Shown here piece by piece: positions 35,988 to 46,206 of a DNA stretch of 64,000 bases; position 1 is the first letter of the stretch; each line of letters opens with the position of its first letter. A model generated the notes under the pieces. That model was not told where the DNA came from. It made no database searches and saw only the letters and a list, made by a program, of their open reading frames with translations. The stretch is from an uncultured delta proteobacterium. GTDB lineage: Bacteria > Desulfobacterota > Desulfomonilia > Desulfomonilales > Desulfomonilaceae. Position numbers and translations under genes: made by a program. The stretch is from assembly GCA_963789265.1 (NCBI GenBank), contig CAWBKB010000001.1:1952001-2016000 (forward strand), given 5' to 3'.

Positions 35988-37613
35988 CTATTTCTTCATG
36001 GATCTGACTATAGGCTTCCCCTTCCTTATCCTGACATCGAGTACCTTGGGTTCACTCGAAACTATGCGAATATTCGGCACAGATCTCTTAGAAGGGTTTA
36101 ATCCCGCAACTACCGGGAGCACAGCAGTATAGATACCTGGTGGAAGAGTGATCTCCTCTCCGGGGTTGACGCTGAACACGCCCCCATGATCGCCACGGAC
36201 TTCAATCTTCTCCACAGTCCGAGTCTTCAGGAGTTTCGCATACCTGGAGATGGCCGAATCCACATCGGCCGGTCTGTCCACCGTCAGTAAAAGGCCGTTG
36301 GTCTTGTCGACAACGTGCGAGTAGCCTGCCTGAGTCTTTTTCCTCATCCCAAGACCGACCACATCGACTCCGATCTTGTCCTTGCCTGTGTATTGCTTAG
36401 CCGCCCTGGCGACCTGCTTGGAAGCACACCTCGTCGTGCCTGCCGTCACAATTACTATCCTTGGCCTCAGGGTCTCGATACCCCCGAAATCCTTCTTCAA
36501 CGAATATGCAGCCGCAGCGCACGGATTGTTACGGCCTCCAAAGTCCGCGCGGTCCAACTTGTCCTTCAGGTGCGAAAAGGGTGAAGTAGTCCAATCGTAA
36601 AGTATATGGCTCAGGCACATCTCTCCCCGCCGCTTCTTACTCCCATTCGGCTGCGTGCACAGAAAGTCTCTTACCGCAATCTTTGATCCCGGGGTCAGGT
36701 GTCCGGCTAACTTCGCCACAAAATTTTCAGCCGACTGCCTCCTTGACGGAGTCCAGGGCTTGACTTTACGAGCCATCACAACCGAGTCGTCCAGGATCAC
36801 CATCAACCCCCATTTGGTGGGTGTTCCGGAATACTTGTGGATCCTAACAAGCAGCGATCCGGGCAACTGAAACTGTTCCGGCTTACCGGCTTCCTGGGAT
36901 GAACGATTTTTGCTCTTCGCAGCCGATTCGGTAACACTCTTTTTCAGCGCTCGTGCTTCCGCTAACTTGGCTGTCTTCTCATGGTGGGGCGACGGTACCG
37001 TGTCCCAACTTGAAAGTCCGGGAACCGAAGGCTTGCCGGGAACGCGTTTAGCCTTTTTCGCAGACTTCCCTCGTTTCTCGGTTGCGGTCGCACCAGGCTC
37101 CCTCGTAACAATTACAGGAGTTTCAACGGTTTTGGGACCGGAGCCTGTATTAGTTTCGGCCTTTGAGGGCGGTGTCACCCTCGCTTTGTTTGATTTAGGC
37201 ACCTCTTGTCCCGGCTTCGGCGCAGGGGGAGGAGGCTGTTCGGAGGGCGCGGTCTTCGGTGCATTTTCTGAACCGGCCGAATGTGATTTTTCAAGCGACG
37301 GTAGTAGAACTTTAGAGGCGTTCACCGGACTCGCGCCCACGCCTTCGAAGAGGTTGGTCGGGGAGAACAGATTGTTCTCCGGAACCCGACTAAATACAGG
37401 CGCAAGTTGCCGGCTCTCAACGGAGGGACTTTTGTGGCGAATCACCGGGACGAGGATACCCAGAACGTACCCCACTACCAACGCGACCGCCAATGCAGCC
37501 GCTACACCTATGGCCTTCAAGGGCAGGTCCTTGGCGCTTTTCTTATTGGAAACCGTAGACGACCCTGCTTTCTGGGCTTTTCTTTGCTTGTCGTCGAGGG
37601 GTTGATCCGCCAT
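35988..37613 (-). CDS. Membrane-anchored protein with P/K/S-rich linker and degenerate vWA domain
   Basis: TM (AIGVAAALAVALVVGYVLGILV), ILDDSVVM, IVIVTAG, VDVVGLG; start MADQ after AAGGGGG. Confidence 0.75.
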   Translation of the reverse strand: MADQPLDDKQRKAQKAGSSTVSNKKSAKDLPLKAIGVAAALAVALVVGYVLGILVPVIRHKSPSVESRQLAPVFSRVPENNLFSPTNLFEGVGASPVNASKVLLPSLEKSHSAGSENAPKTAPSEQPPPPAPKPGQEVPKSNKARVTPPSKAETNTGSGPKTVETPVIVTREPGATATEKRGKSAKKAKRVPGKPSVPGLSSWDTVPSPHHEKTAKLAEARALKKSVTESAAKSKNRSSQEAGKPEQFQLPGSLLVRIHKYSGTPTKWGLMVILDDSVVMARKVKPWTPSRRQSAENFVAKLAGHLTPGSKIAVRDFLCTQPNGSKKRRGEMCLSHILYDWTTSPFSHLKDKLDRADFGGRNNPCAAAAYSLKKDFGGIETLRPRIVIVTAGTTRCASKQVARAAKQYTGKDKIGVDVVGLGMRKKTQAGYSHVVDKTNGLLLTVDRPADVDSAISRYAKLLKTRTVEKIEVRGDHGGVFSVNPGEEITLPPGIYTAVLPVVAGLNPSKRSVPNIRIVSSEPKVLDVRIRKGKPIVRSMKK

Positions 37614-37634
37614 GATAGCCCCCTTTTGAGGTCC

Positions 37635-37992
37635 GGGGCGAGCAGTAAGCCGAATCCTGTTCCCGGCAAGCCGGGTGGCGATCATTCATCTAGGACGACG
37701 GTTACCCGCCGCCTCAAGCGACCTACCCGGAAGCATCGGACGGGCCGCCCTCGAGCGCTTCCCTATTCGGTCTTGCTCCGGATGGGGTTTACCTGGCTTC
37801 TCGTGTTACCACGGGAACCGGTGAGCTCTTACCTCACCCTTTCACCCTTACCTCCGGAATCACCGGAGGCGGTCTGCTTTCTGTGGCACTTTCCTTGAGG
37901 TTACCCTCACCGGGCGTTACCCGGCATCCTGCCCTTCGGAGTTCGGACTTTCCTCCCGCGCTTAATCGCGCCGGCGATCGCCTTGCTGCCCC
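37635..37992 (-). ncRNA. rnpB: RNase P RNA (type A)
   Basis: Minus strand reads GAGGAAAGTCCGAACT..., AGTGCCACAGAAA..AGACCGCC, GGTAAACCCC, GAACAGGATTCGGCTTA; P1 ends pair. Confidence 0.97.
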
Positions 37993-38122
37993 AGACACTG
38001 CGCCTTATATGACATGCGGCGAAAAAAAGCAAGCTATCAACCAACCGAAAATCCTTGAAATACTAACAATTGTATTGTAGGATCTAAGCGGTTTATGAGC
38101 TTCTTGTCAAAGGAAGCAGGTT

Positions 38123-39637
38123 ATGCTCCGATATCAATCTGTTGCAATTTTCCTCCTCTTCGTGATCCTCACTTTTTCCAATGCCTATGGTGCGGTCGGT
38201 TTAGCGGATCAACTGAAGTACTATAATTTCAATTTGTACCCCATTCCTTGCCGAGCCAATAATATGATTCTGCGCGACCTCAAGGGACGTGAAATTAGTC
38301 TGGCAGGGCTCCGAGGAAAAGTGGTTATCCTAAATTTTTGGAAAGTCGATTGTCATCCTTGTTCCATGGAAAAGCCCATTTTGGAGAGAATTTACCGCAA
38401 AAATGCGCCTCGCGGCCTCGAAATCGTGGCAGTGAATCTTGTTGACAGCAGAGATCGAATACTCAACTACGTTCAAAGAGGCGGATACAGCTTCACTTTC
38501 GCGTTTGATCCAACCCAGCGGTTTTCAATCAGACAACAGGCTCTGAGATCCGGGGTGCCGGCCACTTTCGTGGTGAATTCAAATTCCGAGGCTATATACG
38601 AGGTTCCGGGCGTGCCGACCACTTATTTGATCAATCGGCAAGGTGAAGTGGTAGGAAACGCCATCGGGCTTACCAACTGGGAAGAGCAGCCGCTGACGAA
38701 CTTGCTGGAATCGCTGCTGGGTCGGACTCCTGTGATAGCCGCACAGAATTCCGGCTCGTATTCCGGGGCAGCACAGCAGGGGCCGGTTCAGGCACCGCGG
38801 ACAGCGGGCTCGAGCCGAGGGAGAGAGCAAGGACCGCGGGTCTCTCCGGAGGTCCGAGTACAAGCATCTCCGCAGGCAGGCAGCCAGAAAGAGGCAGCGC
38901 TTCCCTTCCAACCTTCGAAAGCCCCCCGGAGGCCGGTGACCAACACGCCGGCCGTGTCTCAGGGCTCGCGCGGCCCAAGCTCCGTTCAAGCCCCTACTCT
39001 GCCGCAAGCATATCAGCCGCCGCAATCGGCTCTACGCACTCATAAGAAGCACGAACCAACGCGTTCCGTCAGAGCTAAGCAAAGGACTCCGAGAGCCTAC
39101 AATCCCTCGGCAAACGTATCCCGGTCATCAATCAAGCCGCCGACAATCGGGGCCGTCGGCTCGCGAAGACCTCTCGCTGTGACAAATCATTCGGCTGCCG
39201 TTGCACCCCGGCCCTTCGGCTCGACCGTTCCTTCTACAGCCCCGGGCTCCAGCCAAATGCCGTATCTGCCTCCCGCAAGACCTTATGATACTTCGAGTCC
39301 ATCACCGCTACGTGCAGGAACGAATGTGGTCCCGGACAAGAACGGCACCGTGACAGCCAGAATTCCCGCCAATGGTCCCTATCCCGGGTTCGATCATTTT
39401 GGCACGACCGGAAGATCAGCCACCCTCCCGCCGGCGCAGCCCCTAAGCCCCAGTAACCCGTTCGGTGGATTTATCCTGGATTCATTCGGAAGAACTGCTC
39501 GGCAAGTTACGCGAAGCGGGCCGCCTCGAGCTGTGGATCAACCCGCCTCGTCAATATTCGGACAAATAGGCAAAGATGTTCAAGACTTGGCGTCGGGGAT
39601 CAAGGACTCGGTAACCAGGATTACGCCCAGACAATGA
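38123..39637 (+). CDS. TlpA/ResA-like thioredoxin-fold protein with a long Pro/Ser/Arg-rich C-terminal tail
   Basis: Signal peptide, LRGKVVILNFWKVDCHPC, GVPTTYLINRQG; ~300-aa low-complexity tail. Confidence 0.85.
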   Translation: MLRYQSVAIFLLFVILTFSNAYGAVGLADQLKYYNFNLYPIPCRANNMILRDLKGREISLAGLRGKVVILNFWKVDCHPCSMEKPILERIYRKNAPRGLEIVAVNLVDSRDRILNYVQRGGYSFTFAFDPTQRFSIRQQALRSGVPATFVVNSNSEAIYEVPGVPTTYLINRQGEVVGNAIGLTNWEEQPLTNLLESLLGRTPVIAAQNSGSYSGAAQQGPVQAPRTAGSSRGREQGPRVSPEVRVQASPQAGSQKEAALPFQPSKAPRRPVTNTPAVSQGSRGPSSVQAPTLPQAYQPPQSALRTHKKHEPTRSVRAKQRTPRAYNPSANVSRSSIKPPTIGAVGSRRPLAVTNHSAAVAPRPFGSTVPSTAPGSSQMPYLPPARPYDTSSPSPLRAGTNVVPDKNGTVTARIPANGPYPGFDHFGTTGRSATLPPAQPLSPSNPFGGFILDSFGRTARQVTRSGPPRAVDQPASSIFGQIGKDVQDLASGIKDSVTRITPRQ

Positions 39638-39739
39638 TTTGAAAGCAATCCATTATACGCCTTAGAGCGGTTATCGAATTTCTTGAAGTAATCTCAGACC
39701 AATGGTGGCCAAACGAGTGACAATCCTGGAAAGGATATG

Positions 39740-39960
39740 GTGGGACAGGCATTCTGCCTGTCCCGCGTCCCGCGGGATCACCCCGGACTCCGATCCGGCC
39801 TATGTAGGGGCGGACCTGCGTGTCCGCCCAGGGCAGACACATGGGTCTGCCCCTACAATTGATGCCCGCGTGCGCGGGCATGACGACAGGCAATCCCGCC
39901 TCCTGGGCGGGACTGTCCCACTGAAAACGCGGTGTCACTTGTTTAAAAGTGAATCGGTAT
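39740..39960. repeat. Composite nested REP block with family-B terminal sequence
   Basis: GGACAGGCATTCTGCCTGTCC, GTAGGGGCGGAC...GCCCCTAC, CGGTGTCACTT...GAATCGGTAT; matches 6630-6777. Confidence 0.78.
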
Positions 39961-39994
39961 CGGACCGCTATCCGATGCATCCAAAGGAATTTCT

Positions 39995-41578
39995 GTGCAA
40001 CTGGAAGACATAGACCGAGATTGGGATCTAATCGTGATCGGCGGCGGAATCACCGGCGCGGGGATTCTATGGGAGGCGACGCGACTCGGCCTGAGGACTT
40101 TGCTTGTCGAGCAGAAGGATTTCGCGTGGGGAACATCCAGCCGATCCGCCAAATTGGTTCACGGTGGCCTCCGATACCTCAAGGAAGGGAAATTCTGGTT
40201 AACCTGGGAGTCGGTTAGAGACCGTGAAAGGTTGCTGAAGGAGGCGCCGGGACTCGTCGAGCCTCTTGAGTTCCTCATGCCGCTATATGAAGGAGCAGGG
40301 CCCGGAAGGCTTGCCATGAAGGCCGGTCTAATGGTGTACGACCTGATGGCCGGCACGACGCGACATGGATTCGTGCCGGCCGCGGAAATCGCCTCTTTGA
40401 TTCCTGGTATCAAACGAGAGGGCCTGAGAGGCGGGTTTCGCTTCATGGATGCCCAGGTGGATGACGCGCGGCTCGTACTGCGGATCGTTCGGGAGGCGAT
40501 CCGAGCCGGTGCATCTGCAACGAACTACACGTCCGTGGTGGAATTGAGCCGCGATGCACGCGGCCGCGTTGTCGGAGCGGTTCTGGAAGACACTGAAACA
40601 CGCAGTACAAGGGAAATTCAAGCGCGAGCGGTGATCAATGCTACCGGTGTCTGGGCCGAACGGTTGCACCGCTCCCCCGAACCGGGTAAGCATCTTCGAC
40701 CGTTGCGTGGAAGCCACCTAGTCTTTCCCCGATCTGTATTGCCTGTCGATCAGGCTATTGCCTTGATACATCCGACGGACCGTCGCCCGGTATATGTTCT
40801 GCCGTGGGAAGGAGCGGTCCTGTTCGGCACCACGGACCTGGACCATACAGAGGACCTGTCTGTGGAGCCTTCCATCACCATTGAGGAAGCATCATATCTT
40901 ATGGAATGCCTCAGAGACTTTTTCCCATCCTTGGGAATTTCGCAGGCTGACTGCCTGTCCACTTTTTGTGGGATAAGACCCGTGCTTAGCGCAGGGAAGC
41001 TCGACCCTTCCAAGGAATCGCGAGAGCACGTCGTCTGGGTGGACAACGGATTGGTAACTGTCACAGGAGGCAAACTTACCACTTTTTACCGGCTGGCCGC
41101 GGACGCTCTAGCCGCTGCCAAGCCTTTTCTGTCAGGAGCTGCCGGCAAACCACAGAGTCGTCCTCTCTTCGCTCGGCCCACTGAATTGACCGAGCCCGCG
41201 AAGGCGATTCCCGAACACTTGGCAACTCGCCTCTTCGGACGATATGGGCTGGATGCGCTGGATTTGCTGAGCATGGCCCATCCGGAAGACTTGGAAGCCA
41301 TACCGCATTCCCGAACTTTATGGGCCGAGTTGCCCTTTGCCGCGAAGTTTGAGCAGGTGCGACACCTTTCCGACCTGTTGCTCAGGCGAGTTCGCATCGG
41401 CCTTTTGACCCCGCTAGGTGGAGAGGATTTGATGGGGCGGATCAGGTCTCTTTGCGAACCGTCGCTCCCTTGGGACGCCAACCGATGGGACGACGAGATA
41501 GGGACTTACCTGCGTCACTGGAAGACCGCTTACGGCGTACCGGAAGGAAAAGGCGAGCATAGTGTCGCGTCCCGCTAA
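39995..41578 (+). CDS. glpD: FAD-dependent glycerol-3-phosphate dehydrogenase/oxidase family
   Basis: VIGGGITGAG, DFAWGTSSRSAKLVHGGLRYL, DDARL, NATGVW, GTTD, GGKLTT. Confidence 0.9.
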   Translation: MQLEDIDRDWDLIVIGGGITGAGILWEATRLGLRTLLVEQKDFAWGTSSRSAKLVHGGLRYLKEGKFWLTWESVRDRERLLKEAPGLVEPLEFLMPLYEGAGPGRLAMKAGLMVYDLMAGTTRHGFVPAAEIASLIPGIKREGLRGGFRFMDAQVDDARLVLRIVREAIRAGASATNYTSVVELSRDARGRVVGAVLEDTETRSTREIQARAVINATGVWAERLHRSPEPGKHLRPLRGSHLVFPRSVLPVDQAIALIHPTDRRPVYVLPWEGAVLFGTTDLDHTEDLSVEPSITIEEASYLMECLRDFFPSLGISQADCLSTFCGIRPVLSAGKLDPSKESREHVVWVDNGLVTVTGGKLTTFYRLAADALAAAKPFLSGAAGKPQSRPLFARPTELTEPAKAIPEHLATRLFGRYGLDALDLLSMAHPEDLEAIPHSRTLWAELPFAAKFEQVRHLSDLLLRRVRIGLLTPLGGEDLMGRIRSLCEPSLPWDANRWDDEIGTYLRHWKTAYGVPEGKGEHSVASR

Positions 41579-41739
41579 CAACTTGCGTATCCGATGATGT
41601 GAGCCCTTCGGGGAAGTCTTGACAAAACGGATGAGGCCCGGCATGCCGTGCCTCGCATGAGCATAGGACCATACAGCAAAAAGTGGTTCCCGAAAGAACT
41701 GTCGTCACTCGTGGTGCGGGTCGGCACCTAATTTAGATT

Positions 41740-41810
41740 GGTGGGACAGTCCCGCGAGGCGCGGGACAGCCTGTTTATTGTGGACGACGGGCAAGATGCC
41801 CGTCCCACTC
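41740..41810. repeat. REP-like block, reverse complement of ~35684-35750
   Basis: GTCCCGCGAGGCGCGGGACAGCCTGT...GACGGGCAAGATGCCCGTC. Confidence 0.7.
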
Positions 41811-41940
41811 CAAGATGCCCATCCCCACTGTGCGGGATGTCCGTCCCCACCAAATCATTTTCTTTTTCCGTGATTACTTTTGAGACTCCCTATAAGATCA
41901 CAATTTCAGTACGCATTACTAAGGATGAAAGGCCAAAGCC

Positions 41941-43515
41941 ATGGCCGACGTTTTGCTAGCCATTGATTGCGGCACCCAGAGCTTGCGGTCTCTTCTGTTC
42001 ACGGCTCAAGGAGAGCTTCTGGACAGGGCCGCGGTTCAGTACGAGCCGCACTTTAGAACCAAACCGGGCTGGGCCGAGCAAGACCCTAACCTCTTCTGGC
42101 GTAGCGTTTGTGAGACGTGCCAAACCTTAAAGGCACGTTCTCCTCAAATTTTCGAGCGAATCGCCGGAATCGGGGTGACCAGCCAGCGAGATAGCATGGT
42201 GAACCTGGACGAGAAAGGCGCCCCGTTGCGCCCAGTTATCACCTGGTTGGATCAGCGCAAGGCGGACGGCGTTTACTTTCCGTCTGCGCCCATGAGATTG
42301 GCTTACCGCGTGGTCGGAATGGCAGAGGCGGTCAGCAAACTTCAGGCAGACGGCAAGTGCAACTGGATCAGGCAACACCAGCCCGAAATATGGGAGCGGA
42401 CGCACAAATACCTTCAAGTTTCAGGCTTCCTGAACTTCAAATTGACGGGCGAATTCAGGGATTCGGTTGCCTCTCAGATCGGCCACATCCCTTTCAACTA
42501 CAAGAAATTCCAATGGGCCTCAAAACATGAGTTGGCTAGCAAGCTCTTTCCCGTGGAGCCGAGTAAGCTACCGACAGTGGTCAAACCCGGGGAGTTGATC
42601 GGCGTGGTTTCCGGGGAATCTGCCTCGGAAACGGGCATCCCGGAGGGCCTACCGGTGATTGCGTGCGGGTCGGACAAGGGTTGCGAGACTATCGGCGTGG
42701 GCGTGCTGAACGAAAGTTCCGCGAGCTTGAGTTTCGGCACTACTGCAACAGTCCAAACCACCACGAGGAAATATTTTGAGCCCATTCGCTTCATGCCGGC
42801 TTACCCCGCTCTGATTCCGGGCCACTACAACCCGGAAGTAGAAATCTTCAGGGGTTACTGGATGATCACCTGGTTCAAGAACGAGTTCGCGCACAAGGAG
42901 GTCATGGAAGCGCATGACCGAGGCGTGTTGCCCGAACAGATGCTCGATGACCTTCTCCGCGAGATCCCCGCGGGCTCATCGGGGTTGCTTGTGCAGCCCT
43001 ACTGGGGCCCGGGTCTGAAACACTCTGAGGCAAAGGGGTCGATGATCGGTTTCGGTGATGTCCACAGAAGACCTCATGTGTACCGCGCCGTCATAGAAGG
43101 ACTGGGGTACGCCCTGCTGGACGGATTGGACCAGATGGAGCGAGCCGGCAAATTCCGACCCGAAAGAATCGCGGTCTCCGGCGGCGCTTCTCAGAGCAAT
43201 GAAGTCTGCGGCATTACTGCGGACATCTTCAATCTGCCCCTGTTAAAGGGGGCAACGCATGAAACAGCGGGATTGGGCGCAGCCATCGTTACGGCCGTGG
43301 GGCTCGGTATGTACCCGTCGTTTGATTCAGCCATCCAAAGCATGGTGAAGTACCGGAGGACATTCGAGCCGAACCCTCAAAATGCCGCAATCTACAGAGA
43401 ACTGTATCACCGAGTTTACCGCAAGATCTACCCTGCGCTACAACCACTGTACGAACAAATCCGAGAAATCACGGGATATCCCGAAAAGATCGGAACCAGC
43501 AGGAGAGGAGCATAG
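41941..43515 (+). CDS. FGGY-family carbohydrate kinase
   Basis: AIDCGTQS, PGWAEQD, TSQR, WLDQR, SFGT, RAVIEG, VSGGASQS. Confidence 0.93.
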   Translation: MADVLLAIDCGTQSLRSLLFTAQGELLDRAAVQYEPHFRTKPGWAEQDPNLFWRSVCETCQTLKARSPQIFERIAGIGVTSQRDSMVNLDEKGAPLRPVITWLDQRKADGVYFPSAPMRLAYRVVGMAEAVSKLQADGKCNWIRQHQPEIWERTHKYLQVSGFLNFKLTGEFRDSVASQIGHIPFNYKKFQWASKHELASKLFPVEPSKLPTVVKPGELIGVVSGESASETGIPEGLPVIACGSDKGCETIGVGVLNESSASLSFGTTATVQTTTRKYFEPIRFMPAYPALIPGHYNPEVEIFRGYWMITWFKNEFAHKEVMEAHDRGVLPEQMLDDLLREIPAGSSGLLVQPYWGPGLKHSEAKGSMIGFGDVHRRPHVYRAVIEGLGYALLDGLDQMERAGKFRPERIAVSGGASQSNEVCGITADIFNLPLLKGATHETAGLGAAIVTAVGLGMYPSFDSAIQSMVKYRRTFEPNPQNAAIYRELYHRVYRKIYPALQPLYEQIREITGYPEKIGTSRRGA

Positions 43516-45231
43516 GTGAAGCACGGCGACGAATTCTATCCCGATTGGACCAGCGAGCCTCCAAGGGAGAGAACTTACCGCTCTATTTTTAAGTGGGGCG
43601 ATCCTAAAGGTTTCAAGCACCCCAACCCCAGACTGTATCGGCTTTTGAAAGAAAAGCTCGACATGACTGATGAAGACTTCGCGGTCAAGAAACATACTGG
43701 CGATGAAAACGTTCGTGTCAGTCAGGCGGTGCGCCTTTCACAGGAACAAATAGATGTGTTTCGACAGTTGGTAGGCAAAGAAAATGTCGAGCAGGACGAT
43801 TTCGCACGCGCCCGGTTTGGCACCGGCAAGACAACAGAAGAAGCCATGATGCTCAGGGATGAAGCAATCGGCCCGGTCGCTGATCTGGTGATTCATCCCC
43901 GTGATAAACACGATGTCTCTGCCGTGGTAACTTACTGTAACCAGGAAAAGATTCCCTTATACGTATTCGGCGGCGGCTCTTCGGTTACGCTCGGACTTCA
44001 GCCTGTCAGGGGGGGAGTCACTTTAGTAATGAGCACCCACATGAACCGGGTGGTCGAATTCAACGAGACCAATCAAACTGTCGCTGTGGAAGCGGGTATC
44101 ATGGGGCCCGATTACGAGAAGGCGCTCAACAACGCACCAGAGTTGTTCGAGGCTCGCCGTAGATATACCTGCGGCCATTTTCCTCAATCGTTCGAATATT
44201 CGACAGTCGGGGGCTGGATCGTGACGCTTGGCTCCGGCCAGGAATCATCCTATTACGGCGACGCATGCGATCTCGTGGTAAGCCAGGAATATGTGACGCC
44301 GAAGGGCTCGTTCAAGACCGCTGATTACCCGGCAGCAGCCACCGGACCCAAAGTGAACGACATCATGAAGGGGAGCGAAGGGGCGTTTGGCGTGCTTGTA
44401 GGCGCCACTCTCAGGGTGTTTCGGCAGTTGCCCGAGAACCATCAGGATTTCGGATTCATGTTTCCCAACTGGGATGCCGCACTGGATGCGGCCAGGGAGA
44501 TCAGCCAGGGGCAATTCGGCCTGCCAGCCATGTTCAGAGTCTCAGACCCTGAAGAGACCGATGTGGCCTTGAAGCTGTACGGGATAGACGGGTCGATCGT
44601 GGATAGATTTTTGCGCCTGCGCGGCCTTGAACCTGCCTCGAGGTGTCTAGGCATCGGGCGCAGCGTGGGTGAACGAAGGTTTGCGAAAAACGTGAAACGC
44701 AATGCTCGCAAGATATGTCGTCAACTCGGCGCCATGTATTTGACGGGCTATCCTGTAACACGGTGGGAGCACGGGAGGTATACCGATCCGTATATGCGCG
44801 AGGATCTGAACGATTACGGAATTGTAATCGACACTCTCGAAACCTCGGTGAGTTGGGATACGATCAACAGGGTATGGCGCGGGGTGGCCGCGTATGTGAA
44901 AAGCAGGCCGCATACTATCTGTATGACGCACGCATCCCATTTTTATCCACAAGGCACGAATCTCTACTTCATTTTCATCACAAGGACTGCGGATCTCTCC
45001 GATTACCGAAAATTTCACCGCGGCGTCATCGATCAGATTGAACGGCACGGTGGCTCGCTGAGCCATCATCACGGCGTGGGCAAAATGATGGCCCCGTGGA
45101 TGGAGCAGCATATAGGATCGGAGCAGATGGAGGTCCTCCGGGCACTCAAACGACACTTTGACCCGAACAATATCATGAATCCAGGCGGGACTTTGGGGCT
45201 GGATCTTGAGAAACTGTCTCAAAACCCTTGA
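43516..45231 (+). CDS. FAD-binding oxidoreductase, alkyl-DHAP synthase-like (VAO/PCMH family)
   Basis: FGGGSSV, GHFPQSFEYSTVGGW, GSEGAFGV, DTLETS, HASHFY, LSHHHGVG, DPNNIMNPG. Confidence 0.9.
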   Translation: MKHGDEFYPDWTSEPPRERTYRSIFKWGDPKGFKHPNPRLYRLLKEKLDMTDEDFAVKKHTGDENVRVSQAVRLSQEQIDVFRQLVGKENVEQDDFARARFGTGKTTEEAMMLRDEAIGPVADLVIHPRDKHDVSAVVTYCNQEKIPLYVFGGGSSVTLGLQPVRGGVTLVMSTHMNRVVEFNETNQTVAVEAGIMGPDYEKALNNAPELFEARRRYTCGHFPQSFEYSTVGGWIVTLGSGQESSYYGDACDLVVSQEYVTPKGSFKTADYPAAATGPKVNDIMKGSEGAFGVLVGATLRVFRQLPENHQDFGFMFPNWDAALDAAREISQGQFGLPAMFRVSDPEETDVALKLYGIDGSIVDRFLRLRGLEPASRCLGIGRSVGERRFAKNVKRNARKICRQLGAMYLTGYPVTRWEHGRYTDPYMREDLNDYGIVIDTLETSVSWDTINRVWRGVAAYVKSRPHTICMTHASHFYPQGTNLYFIFITRTADLSDYRKFHRGVIDQIERHGGSLSHHHGVGKMMAPWMEQHIGSEQMEVLRALKRHFDPNNIMNPGGTLGLDLEKLSQNP

Positions 45232-45413
45232 ACCGAGCTAAATCGTAACACGAAATCCCCTCACCCTTTCCCTCTCCCAAAGGGCGAGGGGACTCAAAGA
45301 GCCGCTTTGGTGCCCCAACCCTCTCCCTCTGGGAGAGGGTTGGGGTGAGGGCAACGAAATTCACACCACGCCTATCGTGCCACGATTCTGCGCATCAAAA
45401 TCGTTTTGAGACA
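45215..45413. mobile_element. MITE family A, copy 2 (supplies the stop codon of the upstream gene)
   Basis: Perfect TGTCTCAAAA / TTTTGAGACA ends, internal BoxC-like repeat, colinear with 6406-6603. Confidence 0.78.
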
Positions 45414-45576
45414 GCCTCTTTAGCGTGGTGTTGCAGAACCATTTTATGTTTCGTGACTGCCGAGGATAGGGCCGGCACCACGGAACGACTGCCCTTAGAT
45501 CCGCCGGAAACAACGGTCGTTCCTGCCTTTGGTACTAATCGCACATTTGAGGCCGCCTTGAAGTTGGCGTCTTGGC

Positions 45577-46125
45577 CTACAGAGGCTCGATCTTGGTGAA
45601 TGGGTCCATTCTTACAATCACGCTCTGATTGAACATCCGAACCGACAGGGCTAGTTGCCGCTCTGCTCGGCGCTGGACAACCACGCCTTCGGTTCCCTCC
45701 AGCGGGCCGGAAAGAATCAATACTCGCCTCCCGGGAACCAGTCCGGGCTTCACCAGCAGATCCTCGCCCGTCTCGATTGCTCGTGCGATAGCATGCAGTT
45801 CGCTTACGAACCTCTCCTGGTCTTCAACCTTGATGATCCGCACCAGCTTCTTACTGTCATAGAGCAAGTTGTGCTTTTCCCGATCAAGAGCAAAACAGAG
45901 ATAGCCACTGAATAGGGGTGCTTGAATTGTTCGAATCCTGCGCCAGTATCCCACCTTCTTCTTGCGCTGATACAGGGGCAGGTAATAGCTGATATTACGA
46001 TTCAAGAGATATGTGGCTACCTGCCTTTCACAATTGGGCTTGACGTGCATTACCCACCACGCGCCTAAATCTTCATCCAGAGGCCGATCTTCCGGATACC
46101 TGGCTTTTACCGTTTCTTTGACCAT
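45577..46125 (-). CDS. NusG-paralog transcription antiterminator (UpxY/RfaH-like)
   Basis: WWVMHVKPNCE, YLPL, PLFSGYL NGN domain; PGRRVLILSGPLEGTEG KOW motif. Confidence 0.9.
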   Translation of the reverse strand: MVKETVKARYPEDRPLDEDLGAWWVMHVKPNCERQVATYLLNRNISYYLPLYQRKKKVGYWRRIRTIQAPLFSGYLCFALDREKHNLLYDSKKLVRIIKVEDQERFVSELHAIARAIETGEDLLVKPGLVPGRRVLILSGPLEGTEGVVVQRRAERQLALSVRMFNQSVIVRMDPFTKIEPL

Positions 46126-46206
46126 TAACTCGGTTTTCCTATGACAGACTAACGAAGCAACCCCGACCCGCGGTGGTCGGATCTTACATCAGTATGCCGT
46201 GATTGC

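Noticed and set aside
37407..38080. ORFs 37407..37898 and 37883..38080, and the N-terminal extension of ORF 35988..37685
   Set aside because: They overlap the RNase P RNA and are shadow ORFs
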